Shown here: one piece after another, positions 56,801 to 64,000 of the stretch
Layout: the number at the start of each line of letters is the position of its first letter
How positions within the stretch are numbered: position 1 is the first letter of the stretch
The notes under the pieces: generated by a model
Database searches by the model: none
Seen by the model: the letters and a program-made list of their open reading frames with translations, nothing else
Told to the model about the DNA's origin: nothing
Assembly: GCA_040753435.1 (NCBI GenBank)
Contig: JBFMEN010000003.1
Location: forward strand, 10,916-74,915
Length of the DNA: 64,000 nt
Direction: 5' to 3'
From: Candidatus Omnitrophota bacterium
GTDB taxonomy: Bacteria > Omnitrophota > Gorgyraeia > Zapsychrales > JANLHA01
Made by a program: the position numbers and the translations under genes

Positions 56801-59800
56801 CGGCTATTCGTGGGAAGAAAGTGACGGTTAAGCTTGTCAAGGGAGCGGTTGTCGCGATTTACGATGAACGCGGATTTATGGTGTGGTCGGAAAACCGGGA
56901 GAGCGTCGGATTTGATATTTTGAATAGTCTATGGAAGTCGGGGGACCTTCAAAAGTTACTGGAACTTTTCGGTGAAGAGGGAACAAATCGTCTCTTGTTC
57001 TCTTTTTTTGATGATTTGACGCCGAAAAGTTTGATAGACTTTTTTCGGGATTACAGGAGTTTTGGGGTCCGGAAGAAGTTTCGGAAAAAGAAGTATGAAG
57101 AAACATTGAAGCCTTCGGAAATTGTTAAAAAGCTGGGCGCGATCGGCCTGCTTCAGAAACAATCCTCAAAGGCCGACTTTCAGGAAGTTTTACGGCAGCA
57201 GTTATTTTCGCTTGTCTATAGTTCTATTGTACGGGACTATAAATTCATCGATGCGATCGAAAAGGAGGTTAAGAGGAATTCGTTTGATCCGGTTATTAAA
57301 AATGCTTTTGAAGAGGTTATCCGCACTTACAGAGATCTGGGAAATTTTCATGTTGAAGGGATTCGATCCCCTACTCAATTAAGATTTTATCAAAAGCGCG
57401 GAGTCAAGTTTATTCTGGACGCTAAACGAGTTCTCCTGTCTGATCAATCGGGGTTGGGAAAAACTTTACAGGCCTTGACGGCGGCGGTTAATGCTTATGA
57501 TGGAAAAGGCGGGAAAAAGATTCTTATTATCTGTCCGGACGTATCCATCCGTAATACGTGGATTAAGGATATTCAACGTCATTTAAAAGGTGAACAGAAA
57601 ATTTATGTTGTCGGCAGCAAAGCAGACTTTAATTCGATTAAAAAACGGAACGATGCCAGGGACGCAAGGTTTATTATTGCCAATTATGAGGTTTTAAGAG
57701 GGGAAGATGCCGCCGGTCTCAGGCAGAATATAAAGGATTTGGGGATTGATTTTATTATTGCTGATGAGGGGCACAGGATTAAGAACAATTCCCAGCTGAC
57801 TGAGGCGGTCCAGGAGTTCCACGCTCCGTACCAGGTCCTGATCAGCGCTTCCGCCCAGCAGGGAAGGACGATTGCCAAAATTTTTAACCTGCTGAATTGG
57901 CTTTATCCGGAAAGGTATCCGGACAGAAAGGAATTCTTGCGGAAGTACGGTAATGCTGAGGGATACTGGCAGTTGAAGTCTGAAATGAGAGGCTTTATGC
58001 TGCGGAGACATAAATCAGACGTCCTGGCGGACATGCCGGAAATTAACGTGGAGTTTCTTCCCGTGCAGCTTAAAGGCGAACAACTGCGTTTATATCAAGA
58101 GATTGAGAAGGAGTTTGATGAGATTACTGAATCGGGTGATTATCTGCGAATGGGGGGAGTGATCCTGAATTTGATTCGAGTGGCGCTGGATACAGCCTTG
58201 ATCAGAGATATCTTTTTAAAAGATTTAGACGCTCAGGAAATTATTCCGGTTAAAGTGGGAGGGTATTACGGAAGAGTCGGAGACGTGGAATACAGGTTCT
58301 CCTTTTCATTTAAAGATCCGGTTTTTTCTTATACTGATTCATCAGGGAAGAAATATTCTATGAAGGTGAGGGATGGGGACATTGTTCAGATGGGTGGACG
58401 AACGTATGAAATAGGAATTAAGGAAAGAAAATCGGTTTCAGCGAAGTATGAGGCCCTTGACCGTATGGTCGATGACATTGTCGGTGAAAAAAAAGAAAGC
58501 ATGGTGGTTTTTACCGGCGCGCGAAAGGCTGTTTCTTATTTAAAGCAACGATATGAAAAAGAAGGATACGAAGTGGTCGGCATTGATGGAGATGTCAGCG
58601 CGAAAGCAAGGGAAGATATTCTGAAAAAGTTTAATACGGCCGGGAGACCGATTATCCTTGTTTGTACCTATCAAACATTGGGTGAATCCATTGATATTAC
58701 CGGAGCGCATTACGGGGTCTTGCTGGACAGCCCATGGCTTGACCGCGAACAGATCATGGACCGGCTGCATCGATTGGGGCAGCTGCATGATGTCTTGTTT
58801 ACGATTATTGTTGCAAAAGACACCGTCGATGAACATGTAGAGCAGGTCAATATGGAAAGCGATATGATCAAGAGCATTGTTCTTGATAACCTTAATGTTT
58901 ATAACAGGCAAAAGGAATTGAGCAAAAGATTAATTTTGGAGAAAGTCAGAAATAAAGAACTTTATTCCCAACTTAGAAGATTTCAAGAGAAGGTCCGGTT
59001 AATTGGAAGCGACGTGGAGAAAAAGGCCCGATCGGCAAGACTTTTGACTGAATATAAAAAAGGCAATCTGAGCGTTCTTTACGGAAACCATCGTTTCGCT
59101 GCAGAACTTGAAAATATAAACGGGGAGACCGTTTATCTTGACGGCCTTTTGGAGCTTGTGAATATGGTGAAGGATCTAAGTGCCGATTCAAAGAATGCGT
59201 TAAAAGAATTTTTCATTCAACGTTTTAAAGACGAGAGGCAGAAAGATGTCAGGGTTAAAGATATGATCCTGTGGGATATTTGCAATCAAATTATCCCCGG
59301 TTTTATTAATATCGATTATGACGGAAAATTGGAGTTTATGATTGAATGGGGAACTTATATATTAAGAAGGCTGATCGTTAACCCTGACCTCAGTAAGGAA
59401 GAGTTGATGACAGGATTGGGGGATGAAGCCGGAGACCTTTTTAATGACACCATGCATCTTCTCGACACATCGAATATCCTGAAGTTATTTTCTCTGATGA
59501 CGGTCATCCCTCAATCCTATTATTATGAGGGAGAGCTTCTCAGGTATGAACCGGCGATCTCTGTTTATTACGCGAATGGAAGAATCAGGTACTGGGATCA
59601 ACAGATCGTCGATAACATTGCGCCGGGATGGCAGATCAGCGACGGTGAGATTTATTCGGGAATAGAGGGGATTGAGCGGGAAGGCCGGCGGGTCCGGGCT
59701 CTGGAAGAATCAGAGGAGAAGCGTCTGGCCAATCAGATACGGCTGGGGAACAAGGCGGCGGAAAATCTTCTGGTGCGGGCGTATTTCCGAAATTTGAAAC

Positions 59801-60558
59801 CGATCGCGAAACGGGTCATCGAGAGCGGAAAGCTGGAGAAGGCATTCGGTTTAAAAGTCGCCGGTGTTGTGGATTTGGAAAGCCTGGTTTCCGCCGGGGA
59901 AGAGGCATTGGTAGATTTGATTAATGTCTACTCAGAGCACGAGATCTATTACAATACGCCGCTTAAAGATTTTCTCCGGAAACGGTTGAATCCGAGAATG
60001 TATTCGCTCGGGTTTCAGATAGCGGAAGAGATGTCCAGGTCGGTCGACCCTGAAGAATATTATCGAAGCGAATTGCTGAGCGAAGATCCTGTCGACCCAG
60101 GTAATTTGGAAGTGGGTGAACAAAAGAAAATTTTTGCCGGTCTGCTTGAACGGGAAGGTTTTAGCGATATAGAAGCTGAGATGATCATGCTTTTTGTTTT
60201 TGAAGGTTATTCGGAGAAGGAGTTGCTGGAAGAATACTTTCAAAACGGTTTAAGGGATCCGAGCGAACAGGACATACGGTATGTGGAGAATCTTATTGCC
60301 AGCTTTCAACATAAAATGAATGTTTTGGGCAAGGAAAACCTCCTTAATATTCTTGATGAAGGGCTTCCTGTTGATGAGGATGTGGGAGGTATCAATCTTG
60401 ATCCGGCGATCTTGAATATCGAGACCCGTGGCAGCGGTTTGGAGAAAGGCTTTTCCGATATTGATATGACACTGTTTGACGACTCTTCTTTCGCGGGATT
60501 TATTCCTGTGATTATCGACATTGCTCCTGCGAATTTATCAGGGTTTATAGCAAATTAG
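53806..60558 (+). CDS. Giant secreted-type multidomain protein: carrier domain, six ~100-aa repeats, SNF2 helicase, sigma70-like region and GGI-x-L C-terminal motif
   Basis: Signal peptide GYA|Q; first ~370 aa paralogous to the next ORF; DQSGLGKT, IIADEGHRIKN, QIMDRLHRLGQ; sigma-like EEKRLANQIRLGNKAAENLL; C-terminal VGGINLDPAILNIETRG. Confidence 0.85.
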   Translation: MRKINCLKFHAAGKALTCFLAFSFVFNPVIGYAQIGLNPSSSPVLPVPGAMVPLSGAFDPAIINGIKIFPDNPFRLEFLIGSGQSELEGDDFREESKKLVRYFLASLTVPDKELWVNLSPYERDRIIPEAFGITEMGRDLLAQDYLLKQVTASLMYPDGSPGKEFWLRVSAKAYEQYGVTDVPVDLFNRVWVLPDRAVVYEQGDTAFVIESRLKVMLDSDYEAMQGSQEPKSPSSKEKDFTWAHGHMGTWELDSGELSKQIVREVILPEIEREVNEGKNFAPLRQIYNSMILATWFKRSLREGLLNKIYVGKNKIEGVDISDKQAKEKIYQRYLEAFQEGVYNLVKEEYDPVLKEIVPKRYTSGGMEFGLRLDQTVKNVTSLSSAQSKDFAMLVKDKGIRKVSVDLERSAKTIPALSYAIYQDAEYINGRIEGGRLFRPGGAKDIFELRVHLDETPLDFSGVVKMILPKDGTLTMFGKGYWQGWEEYRGEPVIIVINNRNVVEVYNSQNQKIFPFGKNIIYPGGTYRNGKVNGTPFNPHGARTKVTIKDYIGENPEFTGVIHRVQLNNHGGLPSMEYLGVKWANMSGYENAFVTIVVEKGRATAIYDASGKQIFPFPHNYVHFGAQYKDGKITGGVLATPHGISSRYELNKLLSAARKKDPGMSCVVEKVPLNDKGGLTYFLGVGKYWADKAGYEKALVTIVVTNGDEITVYDERGKKIFERLRKEENFVYLNARYEEGKIVGGTLLNERGTFDRRELNKIVAPHPGFTGVIDKVRLSFNGGLVKFLGKNVWMGMTEYAYQMVTVVMADGEVTEVYDRSNEPIYPFKENFIYKGARLEKGKIIGGELVNPQGFLDKTFIGKYLNEPENEDFTGVIETRLLFDGGLPVGLEEPGWSLQTEYKHKFVFIVKEKGKTVGIYDEEGTRLFPYDANFVYWNADFIDREIKGGKLLTPAGVRTRKNLNELLAEYPDFTGIITKLPFHDSGRLGQVKDGIYLDYVSAIRGKKVTVKLVKGAVVAIYDERGFMVWSENRESVGFDILNSLWKSGDLQKLLELFGEEGTNRLLFSFFDDLTPKSLIDFFRDYRSFGVRKKFRKKKYEETLKPSEIVKKLGAIGLLQKQSSKADFQEVLRQQLFSLVYSSIVRDYKFIDAIEKEVKRNSFDPVIKNAFEEVIRTYRDLGNFHVEGIRSPTQLRFYQKRGVKFILDAKRVLLSDQSGLGKTLQALTAAVNAYDGKGGKKILIICPDVSIRNTWIKDIQRHLKGEQKIYVVGSKADFNSIKKRNDARDARFIIANYEVLRGEDAAGLRQNIKDLGIDFIIADEGHRIKNNSQLTEAVQEFHAPYQVLISASAQQGRTIAKIFNLLNWLYPERYPDRKEFLRKYGNAEGYWQLKSEMRGFMLRRHKSDVLADMPEINVEFLPVQLKGEQLRLYQEIEKEFDEITESGDYLRMGGVILNLIRVALDTALIRDIFLKDLDAQEIIPVKVGGYYGRVGDVEYRFSFSFKDPVFSYTDSSGKKYSMKVRDGDIVQMGGRTYEIGIKERKSVSAKYEALDRMVDDIVGEKKESMVVFTGARKAVSYLKQRYEKEGYEVVGIDGDVSAKAREDILKKFNTAGRPIILVCTYQTLGESIDITGAHYGVLLDSPWLDREQIMDRLHRLGQLHDVLFTIIVAKDTVDEHVEQVNMESDMIKSIVLDNLNVYNRQKELSKRLILEKVRNKELYSQLRRFQEKVRLIGSDVEKKARSARLLTEYKKGNLSVLYGNHRFAAELENINGETVYLDGLLELVNMVKDLSADSKNALKEFFIQRFKDERQKDVRVKDMILWDICNQIIPGFINIDYDGKLEFMIEWGTYILRRLIVNPDLSKEELMTGLGDEAGDLFNDTMHLLDTSNILKLFSLMTVIPQSYYYEGELLRYEPAISVYYANGRIRYWDQQIVDNIAPGWQISDGEIYSGIEGIEREGRRVRALEESEEKRLANQIRLGNKAAENLLVRAYFRNLKPIAKRVIESGKLEKAFGLKVAGVVDLESLVSAGEEALVDLINVYSEHEIYYNTPLKDFLRKRLNPRMYSLGFQIAEEMSRSVDPEEYYRSELLSEDPVDPGNLEVGEQKKIFAGLLEREGFSDIEAEMIMLFVFEGYSEKELLEEYFQNGLRDPSEQDIRYVENLIASFQHKMNVLGKENLLNILDEGLPVDEDVGGINLDPAILNIETRGSGLEKGFSDIDMTLFDDSSFAGFIPVIIDIAPANLSGFIAN
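54481..54560. repeat. Intragenic 8-bp tandem repeats arranged as an imperfect palindrome (copy 1)
   Basis: (CCCAAGAG)n ... (CATGGGCA)n with outer GTTCCCA/TGGGAAC complementarity. Confidence 0.8.
55057..56889 (+). repeat. Six divergent ~100-aa protein repeats
   Basis: Consensus N-F-x-Y-x-x-A-x-Y-x-x-G-K-I-x-GG...P-x-G...F-T-G-V-I...GGL...W...Y...V-T-I-V...IYD-x-x-G-x-x-IFP. Confidence 0.85.
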
Positions 60559-60639
60559 CATTTTGGATGATTGTTTTGGTAACTGTGATTTATTAAAACA
60601 TATAAAATAAAGAAATTAATATTAAAAAAGAGGGCCAGC

Positions 60640-63600
60640 ATGAACCAAACGATTACAAAGAACCATTTCAGTACCTGCATCCGTGTCATTTCCAGCTTTC
60701 TTGTTGTCACATTTCTCACAACGACAGTCTTGCCTCCGGGATACGCCCAGACCATCGGCTTGAGTCTTCCGGTTCCCGGCGCCATGGTCGGTCAGAGCCA
60801 GGCGTTTGTTCCGGCGCTTTTAAAAGGCATGACCGTTTATCCCGATAATCCTTTGCAGTTTGATTTCATTATTGATTCAGGACACGAAAAGCTTAAAGAG
60901 CCGGAGCTTAAAAAAGAATCCGGGCGGCTGGTGAAATATTTTCTGGCTTCGATGACAGTTCCGCAAAATGACCTGTGGGTCAATTTATCGCCGAATGAAA
61001 AAGACCGGATTATTCCGGATGAACTGGGCAAAACCGAACTCGGGCGTGATTTGCTGGCGCAGGATTATATTTTGAAGCAATTGACCGCGACCATGATGTA
61101 TCCGGAGGAAGAGCTGGGCAAAAAATTCTGGGAGCGCGTGCGAAAAATCGCGAAGGAGAAATACGGCATTACTGAAATCCCGACGGATACGTTTAACAAG
61201 GTCTGGATCCTTCCCGAAACAGCCATGGTTTATGAATATGAGAATACAGTTTACATTACTGATGCGCATTTGAAGGTGATGCTCGATAGCGATTACGAAG
61301 CGATGCAGCAGAAGGGTGCCCAGGAGCCCAAGAGCCCAGGTTCCCAAGTAAAAGATTTTACTTGGGCACATGGGAACGTGGGCACATGGGAACTTGATTC
61401 CGGTGAACTTTCGAAACAAGTTATTCGAGAAGTCATCCTTCCCCAAATCGAAAAAGAAGTCAATGAAGGAAAGAACTTCGCCACTCTGCGCCAGATCTAC
61501 CATTCGCTCATTCTCGCCAAGTGGTACAAACAAACCGTAAAGAACAGCATCATGTCGCAGGTCTACATCGATCAGAACAAGACCGCCGGCATCGAGATCA
61601 ATGATCCTGCGATGAAGGAGACGATTTACGACCGCTACATGCAGGCCTACAAAAAAGGTGTGTTCAACTATATCAAGGAAGACTACGACGAGCTGAGCCA
61701 GACGGTTATTCCGCGTCAGTATTTTTCGGGTGGTTTCAAAGACTCGGCCATGGTCGTTGAAAAGTCCGACAACACCTTTAAGGTTGCGAAGAGTGAAGTG
61801 GGGGCGGAATACCGCTCTCGCGTCATTGTCAGGCCGACAGCGGCAGCAATTGTTTTCGATGATGATAAATTTTTTCCTGCTCTTTCCAGGCGTTTTGTTC
61901 ATCTGGTTCTGGCGCCCGTTTCTTTGGCAATTTTAGGGGCGGTTCTTTTTATTGCCGTCCCGGGAGAGAACCTGTCGTTTGCCCAACCCGCATCAAGCCC
62001 GACGGTGGAAGCTGTTTCAGAGATTTCAAAATCACTGGATACAGTTCGCCAGGCGAAGATCGACGTCGCGCAGGATGATTATGGATATGAATATTTAATC
62101 ATTAACTTGTCATTTGCGGCTCCGGAAATAGGCGTTAGAAGGCCGGGCTGGAACGTCATCCCGCTGCAAGACAATAAAGTTTTTAAGACTGATCAGGCGG
62201 TGGATCAGTTGTTGCTCCACAAGAACGATCCCCGGGCCGCGTCAGGAATTCTTGAAGCGGCCGGGTTTAACACCCATGCCATGATGGCAGCGGCAAAACT
62301 TGACGAAAAAGACAGGGCCGGCCTTATTCCGATTCTTCATCAAAATTTAAAAAACAGCAGCGATATTATCGTTGAAGGCGCGCTTAAGGCATTGTCTGAA
62401 TTCGATAGCGCGAGTTTGCGATCAGTGGTGCCGGAGTTGCTTAACTTGCTGAACCGGCATAATCCCGGAATAAGGTTAGAAGTCATGAGTTTGATTTTTT
62501 CCAAGGATCTTCAAACATCCGATCCTGATAAATTTGCTTTGGAACTGGCCAAACTGATGAATACGGAACAAGATCATACTGTTTTAGCGGCCGATTGGCT
62601 CGGAGTCGAAAATTATTCCCGGGCCGAACGTCAGGGGAAAATTCCCCAGGTCATGGAGATTGTCGATTCGCTGGAAAGAGAGACGCGCATCATTGCCGCT
62701 TATATCGCCGGAAAGTTGGGGACGAAAGCAAATGGATCTGTTGACGGCTTGATCAGGAATCTTTCGAGTAAAGATGCCGGTCTTCAGCTGATCTCTGCTC
62801 AAAGTCTCGGGAAAATCGGCCCACTTGCCGAGAAGGCCCTTCCCAAACTTGAGGAGATCATGAATACGGCGGGTTATGAAGCGGAACCAAAAAGGGCGGC
62901 CGGGACGGCTTATAAAAGAATTAAGAATATCCCGCTTGATCCGGGAGAGGATAAGGAGACTTCGCCCAGGACGCTTTCCTTTTTCAAAGAAGACGATCAG
63001 GCGATGCTGGCTGCCGATACGGTTGATCTTAAAGAAGTGCTGGCAATGCTTCCCCGGGAACTCAGGGTTGGCAGAAATTCCCGGCGATCAATAGATTTGC
63101 GTTTAATAAGTCCGGATGAGTGGAATGATTTATATCCGCAAGCGACAAACGGTATTTTGTTTCAGGATTTTCAGTCTTCTAGAGGCGGACAGCCGCAGGG
63201 CGACGGGGTTATGAAAATTTCTATCCGGGACGATGTTACCGCGAAGGCCTTTCTTCAGGAGTTTGCCGGACAGGGGCTGCACCGGCGTCTGGGTCTTGAG
63301 GATGAGGGGCTCTTGAAATTAATTGATGAGGTCAGGACCGAGCCGGATCATATCGCGGATACGTTATTTGTTCTCGATGAGGAAATTCAGGGCGTACGCG
63401 CGGAATTAAAAGGCCATGACCGAAAAAAGAGAGAGACGTACTTGCAGTCCCTGCTTCAACGAAGAGAAGATTTGCGTTTGTCTTTGAAGCGGGCCGTTGA
63501 GAAAGCAACGACCGATCCTCAGATTGTCGTGGCGGTGGATGGATCGGGTTTTGACGATGATCATGACAAAAATGGAGGGGCTGAAAGAATTTATGGAATC

Positions 63601-64000
63601 GGGGGAATGATGAAAATTTTTTCCGCCGCGGCGGCTTCGGCCCTGGCGTCTTTTTTCTTTTCTTTTGAGACCGGGGTTATTACCGGGGTTGTCTCCCCGG
63701 GGGCGGGTATTCAATCAATCGCAAAAGGAATGGGGCCAGCTGTTGTAAGTGTTACATATAACGATATTATCAATCAGACACCGGAAGCTGTCGCAGTTTT
63801 TCATGAGCTTGCCGGGAAAGGGGAAATATCAGGACTGGGGCTGATGCTTCAGGACGGATTTGATGTTAATGCGACGAACGATGACGGAGAAACAGCGCTG
63901 ATAACGGCCATTAACCGGCGGCAGGTTGAAACCGTAAAATTTCTTCTTGAGCAAGGCGGTAGTCCTGAGCCCGCCGCGATTAAGTTGGCGGTCGCAAATA
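60640..64000 (+). CDS. Second giant paralog (runs off the window edge; missing from the ORF track): carrier domain, HEAT-like repeats and ankyrin repeats
   Basis: Open frame from ATG 60640 (SD GAGGG) to the window end. MNQTITK...GYA|Q..LPVPGAMV...YPDNPLQFDFII...LWVNLSP.EKDRIIP...GRDLLAQDYILKQ; HEAT-like ISAQSLGKIGPLAEKALPKL; ankyrin GFDVNATNDDGETALITA...VKFLLEQG. Confidence 0.9.
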   Translation, partial: MNQTITKNHFSTCIRVISSFLVVTFLTTTVLPPGYAQTIGLSLPVPGAMVGQSQAFVPALLKGMTVYPDNPLQFDFIIDSGHEKLKEPELKKESGRLVKYFLASMTVPQNDLWVNLSPNEKDRIIPDELGKTELGRDLLAQDYILKQLTATMMYPEEELGKKFWERVRKIAKEKYGITEIPTDTFNKVWILPETAMVYEYENTVYITDAHLKVMLDSDYEAMQQKGAQEPKSPGSQVKDFTWAHGNVGTWELDSGELSKQVIREVILPQIEKEVNEGKNFATLRQIYHSLILAKWYKQTVKNSIMSQVYIDQNKTAGIEINDPAMKETIYDRYMQAYKKGVFNYIKEDYDELSQTVIPRQYFSGGFKDSAMVVEKSDNTFKVAKSEVGAEYRSRVIVRPTAAAIVFDDDKFFPALSRRFVHLVLAPVSLAILGAVLFIAVPGENLSFAQPASSPTVEAVSEISKSLDTVRQAKIDVAQDDYGYEYLIINLSFAAPEIGVRRPGWNVIPLQDNKVFKTDQAVDQLLLHKNDPRAASGILEAAGFNTHAMMAAAKLDEKDRAGLIPILHQNLKNSSDIIVEGALKALSEFDSASLRSVVPELLNLLNRHNPGIRLEVMSLIFSKDLQTSDPDKFALELAKLMNTEQDHTVLAADWLGVENYSRAERQGKIPQVMEIVDSLERETRIIAAYIAGKLGTKANGSVDGLIRNLSSKDAGLQLISAQSLGKIGPLAEKALPKLEEIMNTAGYEAEPKRAAGTAYKRIKNIPLDPGEDKETSPRTLSFFKEDDQAMLAADTVDLKEVLAMLPRELRVGRNSRRSIDLRLISPDEWNDLYPQATNGILFQDFQSSRGGQPQGDGVMKISIRDDVTAKAFLQEFAGQGLHRRLGLEDEGLLKLIDEVRTEPDHIADTLFVLDEEIQGVRAELKGHDRKKRETYLQSLLQRREDLRLSLKRAVEKATTDPQIVVAVDGSGFDDDHDKNGGAERIYGIGGMMKIFSAAAASALASFFFSFETGVITGVVSPGAGIQSIAKGMGPAVVSVTYNDIINQTPEAVAVFHELAGKGEISGLGLMLQDGFDVNATNDDGETALITAINRRQVETVKFLLEQGGSPEPAAIKLAVAN
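61315..61394. repeat. Intragenic 8-bp tandem/palindromic element (copy 2)
   Basis: Same element at the same codon position as in the first paralog; perfect inner palindrome CCCAAGTAAAA-GA-TTTTACTTGGG. Confidence 0.8.

Noticed and set aside
57370-58850. SNF2 helicase as part of a known anti-phage system (DISARM, Zorya etc.)
   Set aside because: No methylase, nuclease or partner genes nearby; the domain sits inside a signal-peptide-bearing carrier protein.
63241-63285. FLQEFAGQGLH as a zincin HExxH site
   Set aside because: The His ligands are not in HExxH positions; at most a degenerate remnant.
60555-63714. Several short ORFs listed in the track for the last 3.4 kb
   Set aside because: All overlap a continuous + strand frame from 60640, which the track omitted because no stop falls inside the window.

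Overview
Chromosomal window from a diderm bacterium. The giant-protein family at the right end suggests Candidatus Omnitrophota (OP3); this is an inference, not a database result. I found no rRNA, tRNA, CRISPR array or intact mobile element. 1-26.9 kb is an accessory, general-stress-like region: partial cysD, an entericidin-type lipoprotein, three decayed gene remnants, a CPA2-EIIA antiporter, a Fap-like functional-amyloid operon (two subunits, C39 peptidase, FapF-like barrel) behind a candidate sigma54 promoter, a Zn-dependent dehydrogenase, a glycosidase/GT4 module, AhpD/PfpI and a REC-AraC-histidine kinase fusion. 26.9-53.7 kb has a TPS-domain adhesin and then mostly housekeeping and envelope genes (trxA, panD, def, lipA, mlaE/F/D, mscS, yggT, ybaB, greA, glycosylation genes, rlmB, hybrid kinase plus Hpt, TMTC-like protein, rsmE). 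53.8-64 kb has two tandem paralogous giant proteins with signal peptides. They share a ~370-aa N-terminal carrier domain but carry unrelated cargo: six novel repeats, an SNF2 helicase and a sigma70-like region in one; internal signal-like segments, HEAT and ankyrin repeats in the other. Main candidates for novelty: (1) the 973-aa Fap-like subunit whose ~800-aa linker is mirror-symmetric about a central Asp-Asn-Gly, with two matched 24-aa repeat arms, predicted to form a giant beta-hairpin; (2) the carrier/cargo secreted polyprotein system; (3) three abutting G-U-rich hairpins between ybaB and a small conserved gene.
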